Assembly: GCA_951406725.2 (NCBI GenBank)
Contig: OX597817.1
Location: 106,268,001-106,332,000, forward strand
Direction of reading: 5' to 3'
Source of the DNA: Octopus vulgaris
Taxonomy: Eukaryota
DNA length: 64,000 bases
Part shown: positions 1-12,134 of the stretch, piece by piece
Layout of the letters: every line of letters begins with the position of its first letter
Numbering within the stretch: position 1 is the first letter of the stretch
Made by a program: the position numbers and the translations under genes
The notes under the pieces: generated by a model
Seen by the model: the letters and a program-made list of their open reading frames with translations, nothing else
Databases searched by the model: none
Told to the model about the DNA's origin: nothing

Positions 1-864
1 TCAGGTGTACTGCTGTCACAACTTTGTACGGCAGACAGAAATATCTGCCAGGTCTTGTAACACACACCTCCAAAAGCCTGCTGCTCCAGTAGCACTCTTA
101 GTTGTATTTGCATCTGGACTTCATCATTTTGTCTACCTTAACTATTATTCCAAGACTGTCTAACTATACTGGGTTATGAAGTAATCCTCTGCACATGGTT
201 CTTCCATGTAATTGTTGTAACAACTTTGCTGCCATGGTTCATTTGCAATCCTTCTTCACAAAGACAAACAATTGTAAGTTCTTTCATCTGAGAATAACCA
301 AACACAGCTTGGCTTGTTAGCAGAAGAATGCCACCTTCTAACCAGGTTCCTTTCTGTGCAGACACAAATCTAAATTTGCTTAACTTTTTTTCTGACAGCT
401 CTATAAGACATTTCCAACAACAAAGAATATCACCATATTATGTTTTCACTGACAAAACTTCATCTTTCTTTCCTTCAGTTAGAACTAACTAACTGCATTC
501 TCTTAAACTTTCTATTTTTCCCACAAACTTCTCAAATTCTCTACTCAGTCACTAATGATGCTCTCAACTGTTTGGTTTCAATTTGTTGCTTCTCCACTTG
601 ATCATTAATAATAGCTTCAATTGGTTGCTATAGGAACATATAGTAAACTCAATTTCAATCATTCCAAGAATAGATGGATCTGATTGGCTAAAATTACAAA
701 AAATTTTAATTTTTAAAGACTTGTAATTTTTTTAGAATCAATTTCTAAAAAAAATGGCTGCAATTTTCAATTTTTGGCAAAAAAATATATATAACTAATA
801 ATAATAAATTACATTTGTGTTAAAATTTTCAATAAAATCAGAAGTGTCAAAATAAAAAGATCTC
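1..864 (-). mobile_element. Merlin (IS1016/ISXO2-type DDE) DNA transposon, 5' end with decayed transposase; continues beyond window start
   Basis: Minus-strand translation across frameshifts gives SAQKGTWLEGG (cf. SIRKGTWFEGS), SLGIIVKVDKMMKSRCKYN (cf. GxGxIVEIDES..KRKYNRG) and EQQAFGGVCYKTWQIFLSAVQSCDSST (cf. QWVFGG.CR.T..FL..V..RDA.TL). The terminus at about 841-864 (gtgtcaaaataaaaagatctc) resembles the aaaagatcc TIR ends at 52263 and 52449. Confidence 0.8.
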
Positions 865-924
865 TAAATTCTATTAACATGATGTTGATTGCTCTATTTC
901 CTTATCTGGCAATCACATCATACA

Positions 925-1135
925 CATCATCATCAGTTGGCATGGGTTTGACAGTTTGATATGAACTGACAAACCAGATGGTTGTACCAAGCTCCAGTGT
1001 CTGTTTTGGAATGGCTTCTACAGCTGGATGCTTTCCCTGATGCCAACCATTTTACAGAGTTTACTAGGTGCTATTTTCATGGCACCAGCACTGGTGGGAT
1101 CACCAAGTATTCACAAGACAAGACCCCTTGACTGA
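925..1135 (-). mobile_element. Short copy of RTE-LINE 3' tail / tail-sharing SINE
   Basis: (cat)n-...gcatgggtt...tacagctggatgc..cctgatgccaacca motif, also present at the 3' end of the RTE at 5190-7116 and about 12 other sites. Confidence 0.7.
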
Positions 1136-1329
1136 GTTGGGTATAATATTAAGGGATATGAAAATATAGCAGAACAACAGGAACAAATGAATACATGGCT
1201 TCCCTTTCTGGAAAGAAAGAGAGATGGGAGGTCAAGGTACAAGGTAACCATACAGATGCATACACACAGGTCAAAAATAAGCTACAAGTTAACCCTATAG
1301 CAAACAAATTACTCTGTCAAATATAATAC

Positions 1330-1735
1330 TTATTTTACTCTTTTACTTGTTTCAGCCATTTGACTGTGACATTGCCAAACCACTGCATTAAAGAGTTTTA
1401 GTCGAAAAAAATGACCCCAGGATTTATTCTTTCTAAGCCTGGTACTTGTTTTATCAGTCTCTTTTGCCGAACCACTATGCTATGGGTACGTAAACATATC
1501 AGCATCAGTTGTCAAGCAATGGCATGGGGATAAACACACATACACACACACACACATAAATGTATACATATATATTAATAATATTTTATAAGCTTATACA
1601 CACACACATATATATACAACAGGCTTCTTTCAGTTTCTGTCTACCAAATCCAATCATAAGGCTTTGGTCAACCCGAGGCTATAGTAGAGGACACTTGCCT
1701 TAGGTGCTATGCAGTGGGACTGAACCCAGAACCAT
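1330..1735 (-). mobile_element. Major tRNA-derived SINE (octopus OK/OR-type class) with central CA/TA microsatellite
   Basis: ttttacttgtttcag..atttgactg tail and gcagtgggactgaaccc B-box head on the minus strand; matches about 18 copies in the window. Confidence 0.85.
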
Positions 1736-1933
1736 TTATTCATATTTTATTTATTTACATTTTTTTAAATGAATCATGTGTTATCATGTAGCCTAGAGAT
1801 TTTAATGTTGTGAGTGTTTATTTTTAGAATGATATTGCAAGGTAGGTGTGAGATGCTGAATCTGGTCCATCTGAACATTAAATAGGTAGAATATTTGAAC
1901 CAGACACGACTGGTCTAAATACTAAAGGGTTTA
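1735..1933 (-). mobile_element. piggyBac-like MITE, partial
   Basis: Reverse complement of the ~210-bp ccctt...aaggg family at 12887, 14948, 58039 and 60475. Confidence 0.65.
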
Positions 1934-1986
1934 AAGAAAGAACTTTACCCAAAAGATTATGAAAATAAAAGATGCATCCGAGCACT

Positions 1987-2300
1987 CATCATCATCATCA
2001 TTGTTTAACGTCCATACTGCCATGGGTTAGATGGTTTGACTGCTCCAATCTGATCTGGCAAGGTTTCTACAGCTGAATGCCCTTCCTAATACCAATCATT
2101 CTGAGAGTGTAGCAGGTGCTTTTTACATGCCACTGGCATGGGAGCCAATCCAGCGGGACTGGCATCAACCACATTCACAAGGTGCTTTTTATGTGCCACC
2201 ACCATGGAGGCCAGTCAGGGGGCACTGGCTTTGACCATGTTTGGAAGGTGTTTTTAACGTGCCACCAGCACAGAGGGTCAGTTGCAGGGCACGGGCATTG
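1987..2300 (-). mobile_element. RTE tail copy with internal ~65-bp tandem units
   Basis: (cat)n tail followed by three aggtgctttt(t)a[c/t][a/g]tgccac units at about 2114, 2180 and 2247. Confidence 0.7.
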
Positions 2301-2453
2301 ACTCATCAGATTCAAAATATTTAACAAAACATATGAATTTATTTTGCAAGATTCCTGATGTGAAAGCCTATGTTGAAACAGATGTTGCTATGTTTCAGGA
2401 TGGTCATTCTTTTGTTGCCAAATAAACACATGCACTATATATTTGTTCTTCCA

Positions 2454-2573
2454 ATGTCCATTGACAGGAAATCTTTCATTATACATTTATGACCTCTTCA
2501 GCAACCCTTTTCATTAATGTATTCGCTGAAGAGGTCACAAATGTGTGATGAAAGATTTCCAGACAATGGACAT
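2454..2573. repeat. Inverted repeat (~49-bp arms), Penelope-like terminal fragment
   Basis: atgtccattgacaggaaatctttcat...gacctcttcagc (2454-2502) pairs with gctgaagaggtc...atgaaagatttccagacaatggacat (2525-2573). Confidence 0.75.
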
Positions 2574-4164
2574 AAAATAAAATATGAACAATAATAAACT
2601 AGTGAGTGTGTGTGTGTGTGTGTGTGTGTGTTTATTTGGCAAAAAAAAAAAATTACCATCCTGAAATATAACAATAACAGAACAGTCTTTCCTTTATATA
2701 TATTTTTATGCTTCCTACATATTGGCTACTTAGCATTTTTAGATTACTACCTCAGTTTTTTATTTTTATTTTTTAAACCCCATTGCAGACAGGTATGCAA
2801 ATAATCTGCATATAATGGTAAGAATATGTTTCATTCAGCGAAATCATTTATTTGGCTTGTCTAAATCAGTCCTTTAATTATACTTTAGAAATAAATATAC
2901 CAGCTAGATTTGTGGTTTTGGGGAAGGACAACTTTTTCCAAATACTGACTGGCATCATGATAAGCTCACCCAATCCCAGTAGCTTGTGTTAGTGAGGCAG
3001 GCAGCTTTTATTTAGTTTCTAGAAGCAAATATGCTAAAAGGCAAGAAGTGTGGCTCTGTGCTTGTGCGTGCGTGTGCACATGTGTATGTGTGTGTGTGTG
3101 CGCATGTGTGTGTGTGTGTGTGCATGTGTGTGTGTGTGTGTGTGCGCGTGCGCAGGCACACAATATAAGTATTTTTAAAAATAAACATATAGATATATAT
3201 TTGTAAATGAATGTATGAAAGTGTACATGAAAAAAAAATTACCAAAAATCAGCTAAAGAAAAAAGTTTGTTTGTGTCATAGGCGAACAGATGTTAAAATA
3301 ATGATGATTATGATGATAATGAAGTTGGTAGCTAGGCAACATTATCTAAAATAACCATCTTTTTAAGCTTGCAAGATCTTCACTTGTTTTTTATGGTTCA
3401 CTTTGTTAGTGTTTTAGAAATGGGGTGGTGAAAGAAAAGGGATGTGGGGGGTAGAACTACTACTACTGCTGCTGCTGCTGCTGCTACTACTACCAGCAAC
3501 AGCAGCAGACAAGAAGTTGACCCTAAAGTAGAGACTGTTTGTTGCAGGCTAGCTTGTTAGCAGAAATGGACAGTAGGGAAAGTATTTGGGATGAAATGGA
3601 AAGGAAAAAAAAATTGGAAACATAACTCCAGAAGTCAGGGAAGTGTAAGGTGAGGGTTGGGGGTTATTCTTTATGGGGTGAAAAAAACTGGGAACTACTT
3701 ACTGCTTATTTTATAAAGTAGTTCTTGGGGAAAAAAATCTAGGAGTGGTTTTGTATGAGTGTATGAGAAGTTTTATTTGTCACTAATAGACTAAAGGTGT
3801 TGTTTAACCCTAGGTTAGCTTTGATTGAATAGACCTATGATAATCAAAGCATTCATCTTATTTTCTGACAATGTCGCTACATTAAACATGCATAACTTCA
3901 TGGCTAAGACGTTTACATGGCAAACTATATGATCTTGGGGTATGGTCTCAACATGGGGCACCATGGCCAAGTGTTTTTGACTGGAGCCTCAGGTTGACCA
4001 ATGTCATGTGAATGAAACTGGTAGAAAGAACTATTAAGAAGTGTGTTGTATATGTATGTGTATGATGTATACATGTTTGTGTATGTGTGTGTGTATCAGT
4101 GTGTGTGTGTGTGTTTATATGTCTGTCTTTACATTAGCACTGCCTGAAAGAAAAAAAAACTTTA

Positions 4165-4528
4165 TGTCGTGTGATTTAACAGTGCAACAACTAATAGGGC
4201 CCTCTTCAGTCATGAATGACCATGGGTTTGCACCTAGAAAGTTACCCTCTGAAGCACAAGTCCAGGCATGGTTTTGTGGAAGACTAGCAGTCACCCGTGC
4301 ATACCAGTCTCCCTTCTCCATACCACCAATGTTATCCAAGGGAAAGGCAAACACCAAAATAGCTTGGCACTGGTGATACTGCAACTCATTTCTACAGCTG
4401 AGTGAACTGGAGCAATGTGAAATAAAGTGTCTTGCTCAAGAACACAATACACAGCCTGGTATGAGAATCAAACTCACTGCCTCATAATTGTGAGCCTGAT
4501 GCTCTAACCACTGAGCCAAGCACCTTCG
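4165..4528 (-). mobile_element. tRNA-derived CORE-like SINE
   Basis: Minus strand has A-box tggctcagtggttagagcatc, B-box-like gagtttgattctc and CORE-like gtgttcttgagcaagacactttat. Confidence 0.7.
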
Positions 4529-4595
4529 TTTGACATCACAAAAATAAACATTACACTTAAAAATTGATACTGGGTCAATATAATTGTCTAAAACA

Positions 4596-5110
4596 ACGGT
4601 TCTCAACTGGGCTCCATTATAGCCCTTGAGGGTCCATATAAGATTTTGTTGTTGAAATTTATCTGTAATAAATTGGTTATATACTTCTACAATACACAAA
4701 ATATTAACAGGTTTTTGATACAAATGCAGACACAAAAACATGTGCACACACACATACACATACACACACACATAATATATATACACATGACAGTCTTCTT
4801 TCAGTTTCTGTCTATCAAATCTACTCACATGGCTTTGGTCAGTCTGATGCTGTAGTAGAAGACACCTGACCAAAGTGCCACACAGTGGGATGAACCCTGA
4901 ACCATGTGGTCGGGAAGCAAGCTTCTTATTGCTTATGCTTCTACAATACACAAAATATTTTAACAATTTTTTTTTAAAAACAATTCCTAATAATATTTAA
5001 TTATAAAAACATAATAGGATTTTTTAAACATCGAATGGCTAGGAGGGTCCATCTGAGTAAAATAGGAATCAAAAGGATCTATGGGTCAAAAAATGGTTGT
5101 GAAACACTGG
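4596..5110. mobile_element. hAT-Charlie-like MITE interrupted by a SINE fragment (~4720-4935)
   Basis: ggttctcaac left end and a degenerate right end (tggttgtgaaacactg); internal sequence shared with 19181-19441 and 55965-56305. Confidence 0.7.
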
Positions 5111-5189
5111 TGATGACTGTGTCACTTCAAAATGATATGCAAAATACCAGTAACATTTCAAAACTAACAGAAGTAGCACTACTGATGCT

Positions 5190-7116
5190 ATATTCCTACT
5201 AAGAGAAGCATTTAGCCGAAAATGAATTTCTGTGCTTGGCTTTTGTCAACAAGGAGAAAGAATGCCTTTAACAGGGTCCCTGCTTCCTTATCTGTTGGTC
5301 AATGCAGAAGCTAGAAATAGATGAGTGGATGCTGTCAATAAGATGAAAGTTGACAATGAGCATAGCAACAAATTTAGCATACAGGTAGGAGTTTGCCAAG
5401 GATTGGTTCTCAGCACCCTCTGTTATGGCTTGGCCATAACAGGAATTTAAGACTGATTGTCTTTGGGAACTCCTCTACACTAATGACCTTGTTTTTATAG
5501 CTGAATCTCTTTCAGGTGTTGATTGCTAGGTCTGGAATCAAATGAGAGTTAATTTAGCAAAGACTACCGTCCCAGTAAGCAGGAAAGCAGACAAATCATC
5601 AATCTCTTCAGGGAGAAAGCTCTGCTCAGTATGTAGAAAATGTATAAGTAGGAATTTCATATGGTGCATTTAGTGCAAGCTATAGACAGATAAGAGGTGC
5701 AGCAGTATCATAGGAAGATAAACAGAGAAAGTAGTCTTTTTGTGTGGCAGATGTGCAGGTACAATAATCACTGAGAATGCACAAGAAATAAATTCCCTCC
5801 AATATCTTGGAGGATCATTAGAAGTACTAGATAGCTTCTGTTACCTAGGTGGCCAAGTTAGCTGTGGTAGGGGATGCTATGAAGCATAGTTGCTAGAATA
5901 AGAATAGGCTGGACAAAGTTCAGAAATCTACTTCTTTTGTAGAGTGAAAGGCAGACTGAATGATGGCTGTGTATGGACAGCTATGCTACATGGCAGTGAA
6001 ACATGGGCTGTAACTACAGGGAACATACAAAGGCTTAAAAGAAATTAAACCAATATGCTCTGCTGGACGTACAATGTCAGTGTGCATATACAACAGAGTG
6101 CAAATGTCCTTAGAGAAAAACTGGATATATGATGCATCAGATATAGAGTGCAAGAAAGAAAATGTGCCGGTATGGTCATGTGATGTGTATGAATGAAGAG
6201 AGCTGCATAAAAAAATGCAAATCTCTAACTGTGGAGAGAACTTGTGGAATAAGTAGCTCCAGGAAGACATGGGATGAAGTAATGAGAAATGATATGCAGA
6301 TGTTGAGCCTCGCAGAGGAGATGGTGAGGGACTGAGACTTCTGGTGATTCACTGTGCTTGAAAAGACATGTCAAGCAAATTAAAATTGTAGTCATGCCCT
6401 CCCCACATACCCCCACACACATAATCTGTCCTCTCTCAAAACTACCCCACAACCCATCTTACCAAAACCCCACATCCCACCACCAGTGGTAGGCCCTTCC
6501 ACTATCCCTTACATGCCTACCCATACACTCTCCATTTCCTCACATATCTACCATAGCACCCACCTCTAGTCATTCGTTTATCACCCCATCATTTGCTACA
6601 GTCACCTCTTCCTCTGTCTCTAAACATCTCCCCTCACACTCTTATGGAACATCCCCTTCTATCCTTTCTGTATCACTTCTCTTTCACTTTCTCTCTATTT
6701 ATCTATCTATCTATCTTTCTAACTCTATCTCTCCCTTCTCTCCTTTCTTTTCCTAGTGGGGAAACCAAACATCTCATCTATAGTAAGACACCTATCTCTA
6801 TCCTTCCAATATACTTTAACCTCTCGACTGGCACAAAATCACCTCCCTCTGTTCCACTCCCTCTCCCAACTGAGAGGTCTTCATCTCACAAGTTACTTGG
6901 CAACCCTGCTGATGTTGGTGCCAGGGCCAATTCCACATAAAAAAAGCACCCAGTACACTCTGCAAAGTGGTTGGTGTTAGGCAGGATATCTAGCCATAAA
7001 AACCATGCCAAAGCACATTATGGAACCTGGTGCAGCACTCAACTTGCCTTGCCTAGCTCCTGTCAAACTGTCCAACCCATGCTTGCATGAAAGATGGATG
7101 TTAAATGTTGATGATA
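5190..7116 (+). mobile_element. 5'-truncated, decayed RTE-clade LINE (RT, Cys-rich segment, pyrimidine-rich 3'UTR, (gat)n tail)
   Basis: Remnants LAFVNKEK-AFNRVP, VGVCQGLVLS, ELLYTNDLV (YADD), CSVCRK..CGRC, FCYLG, MLHGSETW; multiple stops and frameshifts. Confidence 0.85.
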
Positions 7117-7879
7117 AATATTGATGTGCTTTTGTCAGGATCTGATGGATCCAAGCACTACATCATCCACCACTGTTTACTTTGACATAGTTGGCACTAA
7201 GAAGGGCATCCGTCAATTGAAACTACACCAAAGTAGATAGAGGAACATGATGCAATCTTTATACCCATCCCATCAGATTCTGTCAGACTGCCCAGTTGAT
7301 GCCAGCATCGGACATCCTCATCATTATTTAATGCCTGTTTTCCATGCTGGCATGGATAATTTGACATGGAACTGGTGAGCTGGAGTACAGTATCAAACTC
7401 TACTGTCTGCTTTTGCATGATTTCTAAGGCTGGATACCCTTCCTAACCTAACCACTTTACAGTGTGTACAGGGCGCTTTTTTTTATGTGGTACCAGCAAG
7501 CAACTTGCAAAACAAAACCTTTCAACTAAAGTATTGAGACAGGTAGCTTTGTACCATGTGATGAGAGGTTAAAGCACGACGGAGGGACAGAAACAAATGT
7601 TTTGCTGTGGAGGAAATACATGGTTACCTCAATTGGAAAAAAGAGAGAAGATGGTGAAGCTGTGTCAGGGTGTATCCTCGAGTTACAGGGAGGAACAATG
7701 ATGTCAAATGATGATGATGTTGATAGTGGTGGTGGTGGTGGTGGTGCTGGTGGTGGTTTTGCTGCTGCTGTTGTATGATGATGATGATGATGATGATGAA
7801 AGTTTAGGAAATTAATACTTACTTTGTTTTATGAATCATATTCGTGCTTAACAAAATTACAAACAACACATTTTTTCAA

Positions 7880-8485
7880 GATGTTCAAGCATTAGTATGG
7901 AATTTCTATTTCTGGTGTGCTCATAATACCTACTGCTCCAGTGCATCTGTCACATATGAAGCTTACTTTCTCTGTTAATTTGCCTGTGATTCAACTACAC
8001 TTCTTATGTGTCCATAGCTTACAATGGGCACAGCACATGAAGTTTATACCTACTCCTTCCCAGCATATCAAACAAAATCATTTCCTCTAAAGGTACCAGG
8101 TTCTTGACTTCTTTCCTACTTAGTAAAACCTTAGTCTTTGCTAAGTTTATATGGAGGCTTCCTCTCTAATTCCCCTACGAAAACTAAGTCATCAGTATAG
8201 AGGAGTTCCCATGACATCCAATCTTAAACTCATCTGTGATGGCCTGTAGGACTATGATGAAAAGGAGAGGACTGAGGATTGAATCTTGATGAACTCCTAC
8301 CTTCATGCTATATTTATTGATGAAACTGTTGTTGACTCTCATTTTACTTACTGCATCTTTGTTCACAGCTTGTACAGCCTCACAAGCCATTCAGCTACAC
8401 TTAGTTTCCTCAGTGACCACCAAATAATAACTGAATATGGTATTCTGTCAAACACCTTCTCCAAATCAACAAAAGCCAGATACAT
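7880..8485 (-). mobile_element. Decayed RTE LINE RT fragment
   Basis: ORF 8184-8390 reads KVGVHQDSILSPLLFIIVLQAITDEFKIGC; upstream LAFVDLEKVFDRIP is seen on the minus strand at about 8440-8480. Confidence 0.85.
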
Positions 8486-10414
8486 CTTTGTTCTAAATTC
8501 TTAAAAGTTATTTTCTTTAATTAGTTTCAGCCCAAGGGTTGTTTTTCTTGTTGATCTTTCTTTATAAAGTGCACAAAATTTTTGCTTGTTCCCCTGGGCA
8601 GCATCAAGACAAAAAGGCTAAGAACCACATATAGGATAAGAAGGTATCTAAACAAAAATCACACAGCTCTATTTTGAACTATAAATGCTTGGGTTTTAGC
8701 TGTTATAGTTTAGCCCAAGTCAACCCCAAATGAGCAAACTTATAATGTATTTTGATTATGAGTATCCTATCTTTTTAGGAGTTTGTGAGACTACATTATC
8801 TAATTATGTAATGTGTCCTTTTCTTATATAAGCTTGTAGTGTGTGTAGTGTGAGAGATTTAACTGGTATTTCTAGCATACTTGGTGACCTTATAGATGCT
8901 CCCTGCATTGGGATTTTGGGTGTGAATTGTAAAAAATGTAGCCAGTCAGTCACTGGTGATATTATCTTACAAATGTTATTTCCTTTTAACTTTTTTTTAG
9001 TGGAAGTATTTCTTGGTATCTATCTATTGTGATTAGAAAGATGATGTTGAAGCAATCAGATACCTATTGTGTGAGAGGTTAATGAGTAGCTCATTGGTTG
9101 AGTGTAGAGGCCAGTAGGTAAAGTAGGTGTTAGGAAAAGAGAGAGAGAGAGATGTGTTGCTTGGTGAATTAGTCTCTATAAGATATATAACGATATACAA
9201 CCAGAGAGATATGGCTGTCTTTTTAGGTCACTTGGTGAACGTGTTTATGTTTGTGTCATTAATGTAGGAATGTCTTAAGATAATATGAAGATAGGTTGTT
9301 AGTGGAGAGTTGAAGAACTGAGTTTTATGTTATTGTGAAATTTAAGGTTTATGGGGGCAAAAGTCAGTATCTGGTGAGAAGCTTTTGCAGCTGCTGTTGA
9401 TGTTGCTTAGCTCAAGGTCAGCCTTCATCAAAAACATTTCTAGGCATGATCACTTCTTCAAGTATAATATATCTAGGTCTGCATTGGCCAAGCTGTCCTT
9501 TTTTAAAATGGTGTAGTGTGCTTGAGTGAGACTTGGCTGTTATTTCTAGCAGGTTGAGTAACTGCTTTGAGCTGAGCTGCTCAACCATTTTTTTTTCTAT
9601 GGACCCCTTTGATTACTATTTTACTCAGGTGGACTTGCAATGCCATCCAGTTTTTAAAAACTAGTTTTATAGAAACTTCCTTCAAAAGTCCTATTGTGTT
9701 GGTTGAACTATGTAAAAAGTTAGAGGAGGAAATCTAGCTGTTTCTTGCAGTAAATACATCAAATGCAAAATATTCTCACAGACCCTTAATATACTATTGT
9801 GGATACCTAATTTACTGTTTTGCCTGTGTGGACCCTCCCAAAATCTTATATGGACCCCAAGGGGGTTATGCTTGGAGCAAACATGGGCAACCTATTTTGT
9901 AAAGTAGGCTGCATCTGCCATAACTCATCATCAGGCAACCTATACTACTAATGAATTTCAAGGTAATATCTTACTGAGTATGCCTTTCAGAAAGTTCTGT
10001 AGGCCACTGTTTGCCCATGATTGGCTTAGAGCCTCACTCATTGGTTTTTGTTCCAATTCAACTGATACAGCAGACTTACAATCATTATTATCCCAGTCAT
10101 GACCATTCAGTTTTTATTTTAGACAAAGTGTATCAAAGACTACATCATCCAATATATTCAAACATTTTTTAAGATGGTAGGGAGATTTGTCTTCTATTTG
10201 TGGCAGCAAGTCGAGTGACTACATAAAGATTCCCTCTTTGGCTTGAAACTGCTTCTGCAGTTAATTTGCTGTGATGAGCGAGTGTATTAGTATGGATTGT
10301 TTAGAATATGTACAGTTTGCCTGAAGTATAATTTGTTTGCTTTCTCTATTACATATGTTATTTATGTACTATGAAATGATCATGGTGAGAATACTTCGAG
10401 CATATTGTCTTACA

Positions 10415-10695
10415 CAGTAGTTAGTGTTAACATATTTAAAGCAGAGAAAATATATAACTATATACAAGTTAGTGTTAACTCATTAAAGCAAAGAAGTATA
10501 CTCTGTAGCTAAATAGACTTTTGAATTAACATATTTAATGCAGTGAACATTATTAACTACAAAGTAGTTAGATAATATGTTCTCTACAATAAATGTTAGC
10601 ATATTTAATACAAGAAGCCTATTATCCAATTATATTATCTAGCTGCATAAAAGTTAGTGTTAACATATTTAATGCAGATAATATCTAACTACATA
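10415..10695. repeat. Degenerate minisatellite (~50-65-bp period)
   Basis: Core agttagtgttaacatatttaa(t/a)gca recurs at about 10419, 10467, 10525, 10593 and 10651, with a further copy near 11080. Confidence 0.75.
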
Positions 10696-11104
10696 GAGAT
10701 TGTACAGTTGTTGCCAGCTGTCATTCACAAGCACATATGGCTTGCTAACAACTACCATGCTTTTTGGTAATTGTTATACATGCCTCTGTTGTGAGCAGAC
10801 ATAGACATCTTCTCAGCTCTCTTCACTCTTGAACCAATCAGGATGTAACAGCTGGGAGAAGGAAAGGGCTGCACTAACACACTGGCTAGTATTCACTGCA
10901 GGTGAAAATACTTGAGCAACAGGAAATTTAATAATTTGGTCAAAGGCAAAATGCAGTTCAGGATATGAACCTTGTTCAATTCCTGGACTGAATCAAACAT
11001 GCTCACAACTAGGCTACATATTTTCACACACAGAATTTGGTATTTAGCTAATACAAAGAGCTTACTATAATAAGGAAATTTGTGTTAAGATATTTAATAT
11101 AGGA

Positions 11105-11560
11105 AGCCATCCATCTATCTTCTTCACCCACTATTCCTGGGAAGGTCTCCTCTATAAGGTCTATCAGAAGCAATAGTCATTAGACCGGAAGAATCCATCT
11201 TGCAATTCTTTACTACTACATTCTAATCACATGTCCATGATACCAGAATTGTGACTTCTCAGCACAGAGAAGTAGCAGCTTGATCTGGAGAGATTCCCAA
11301 ATCTTCAAGCTATGCACCCTGTTGAGTAACATTACCCCAGAGATACTTCAGAAGAACCCTATTTCAGCCTCTTGTATTCACAATCATATTCTTTCAATCA
11401 TTACCCAACATTCATGACCATATTTGAAGATAGACATAAAAACCAAATTGAAGATAACAAGCTTGGATTTTTTTACCAACCACTCCTCTTTTGAGGAATG
11501 AATGCCGGAACTGGCACATTACTGTGTCAGCACCTGCCATTCTAGCATTGAATCCTCCTA
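11105..11560 (-). mobile_element. Old RTE-like LINE 3' coding remnant
   Basis: Minus strand shows YGHECW-like and LWYHGHVIRM-like remnants and an RP.RRP...W-type terminal motif. Confidence 0.5.
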
Positions 11561-12119
11561 TTTTCCATTACTTGTGAATACAGCTTCAAGATATTGAAAC
11601 AGGAAAATATAGGAGGCATATTATTTAAATACAAATTCTTCCACTGTTTCATGCAAATGAAGTTACATAGATTCCTAAGAGTCAGTTCTGTAACTAATAT
11701 ACGTTTTACAAAGAGAAATGTTATATACTTAATCACAGAACATAAACATTTGATATTAATTTTGGTGACATACGAGAAATTGTATCATTTGCTTCATGGG
11801 TTGTTATAAACTGATTACCCTATACATATGTATATGTTGAAGGAGCTGTTTGTGTCATATATCTGCTCATGCAAGAGAAACGGTTCAGCTGCACCACATG
11901 CAATTCAATTTTCAATACCGCCTTTCTGGAATCTTACCATTGTCTGATACCTATGCCGTCAATATAAGTCAATTGGTACGTTTACAATGGCGGTTGTAGT
12001 ATATATTTACAGTTTACTTCATCCGATTTAGTAAAAATAGAGTGAAATAAGAGATGCTTGTTATATTTCTGTATCTGCACTTTGTTTTTTGTTTTTTGTT
12101 TATTTGTTTCTCTTTATAG

Positions 12120-12134
12120 TTGAAGCAGGATCGA
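12120..12134 (+). other. Candidate 15-nt microexon (TTGAAGCAGGATCGA) followed by U12-type 5' splice site
   Basis: Preceded by a long T-rich tract ending tttctctttatag (AG at 12118-12119) and followed directly by GTATCCTTT (12135-12143), the minor-spliceosome donor consensus. Confidence 0.4.

Noticed and set aside
2352-2400. Additional hammerhead (ctgatg...gaaac...gtttc)
   Set aside because: The core lacks A9, there is no stem II, and the putative stem I overlaps the core.
10415-10695. CRISPR-like repeat-spacer array
   Set aside because: The context is eukaryotic, the repeats are degenerate, spacing is irregular and there are no cas genes.
11875-11945. C2H2-like peptide EKRFSCTTCNSIFNTAFLESYHC
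   Set aside because: The second His is missing at the required spacing, it is a single unit with no linker, and the frame closes shortly after.
11860-11953. Minus-strand 6- or 13-nt microexon (CAG|ACAATG|GTAAGA) with downstream TGCATG (RBFOX) motifs
   Set aside because: The donor is good, but there is no polypyrimidine tract upstream on the minus strand. The + strand signals at 12119-12143 are stronger. Worth revisiting only if the host gene proves to be on the minus strand.
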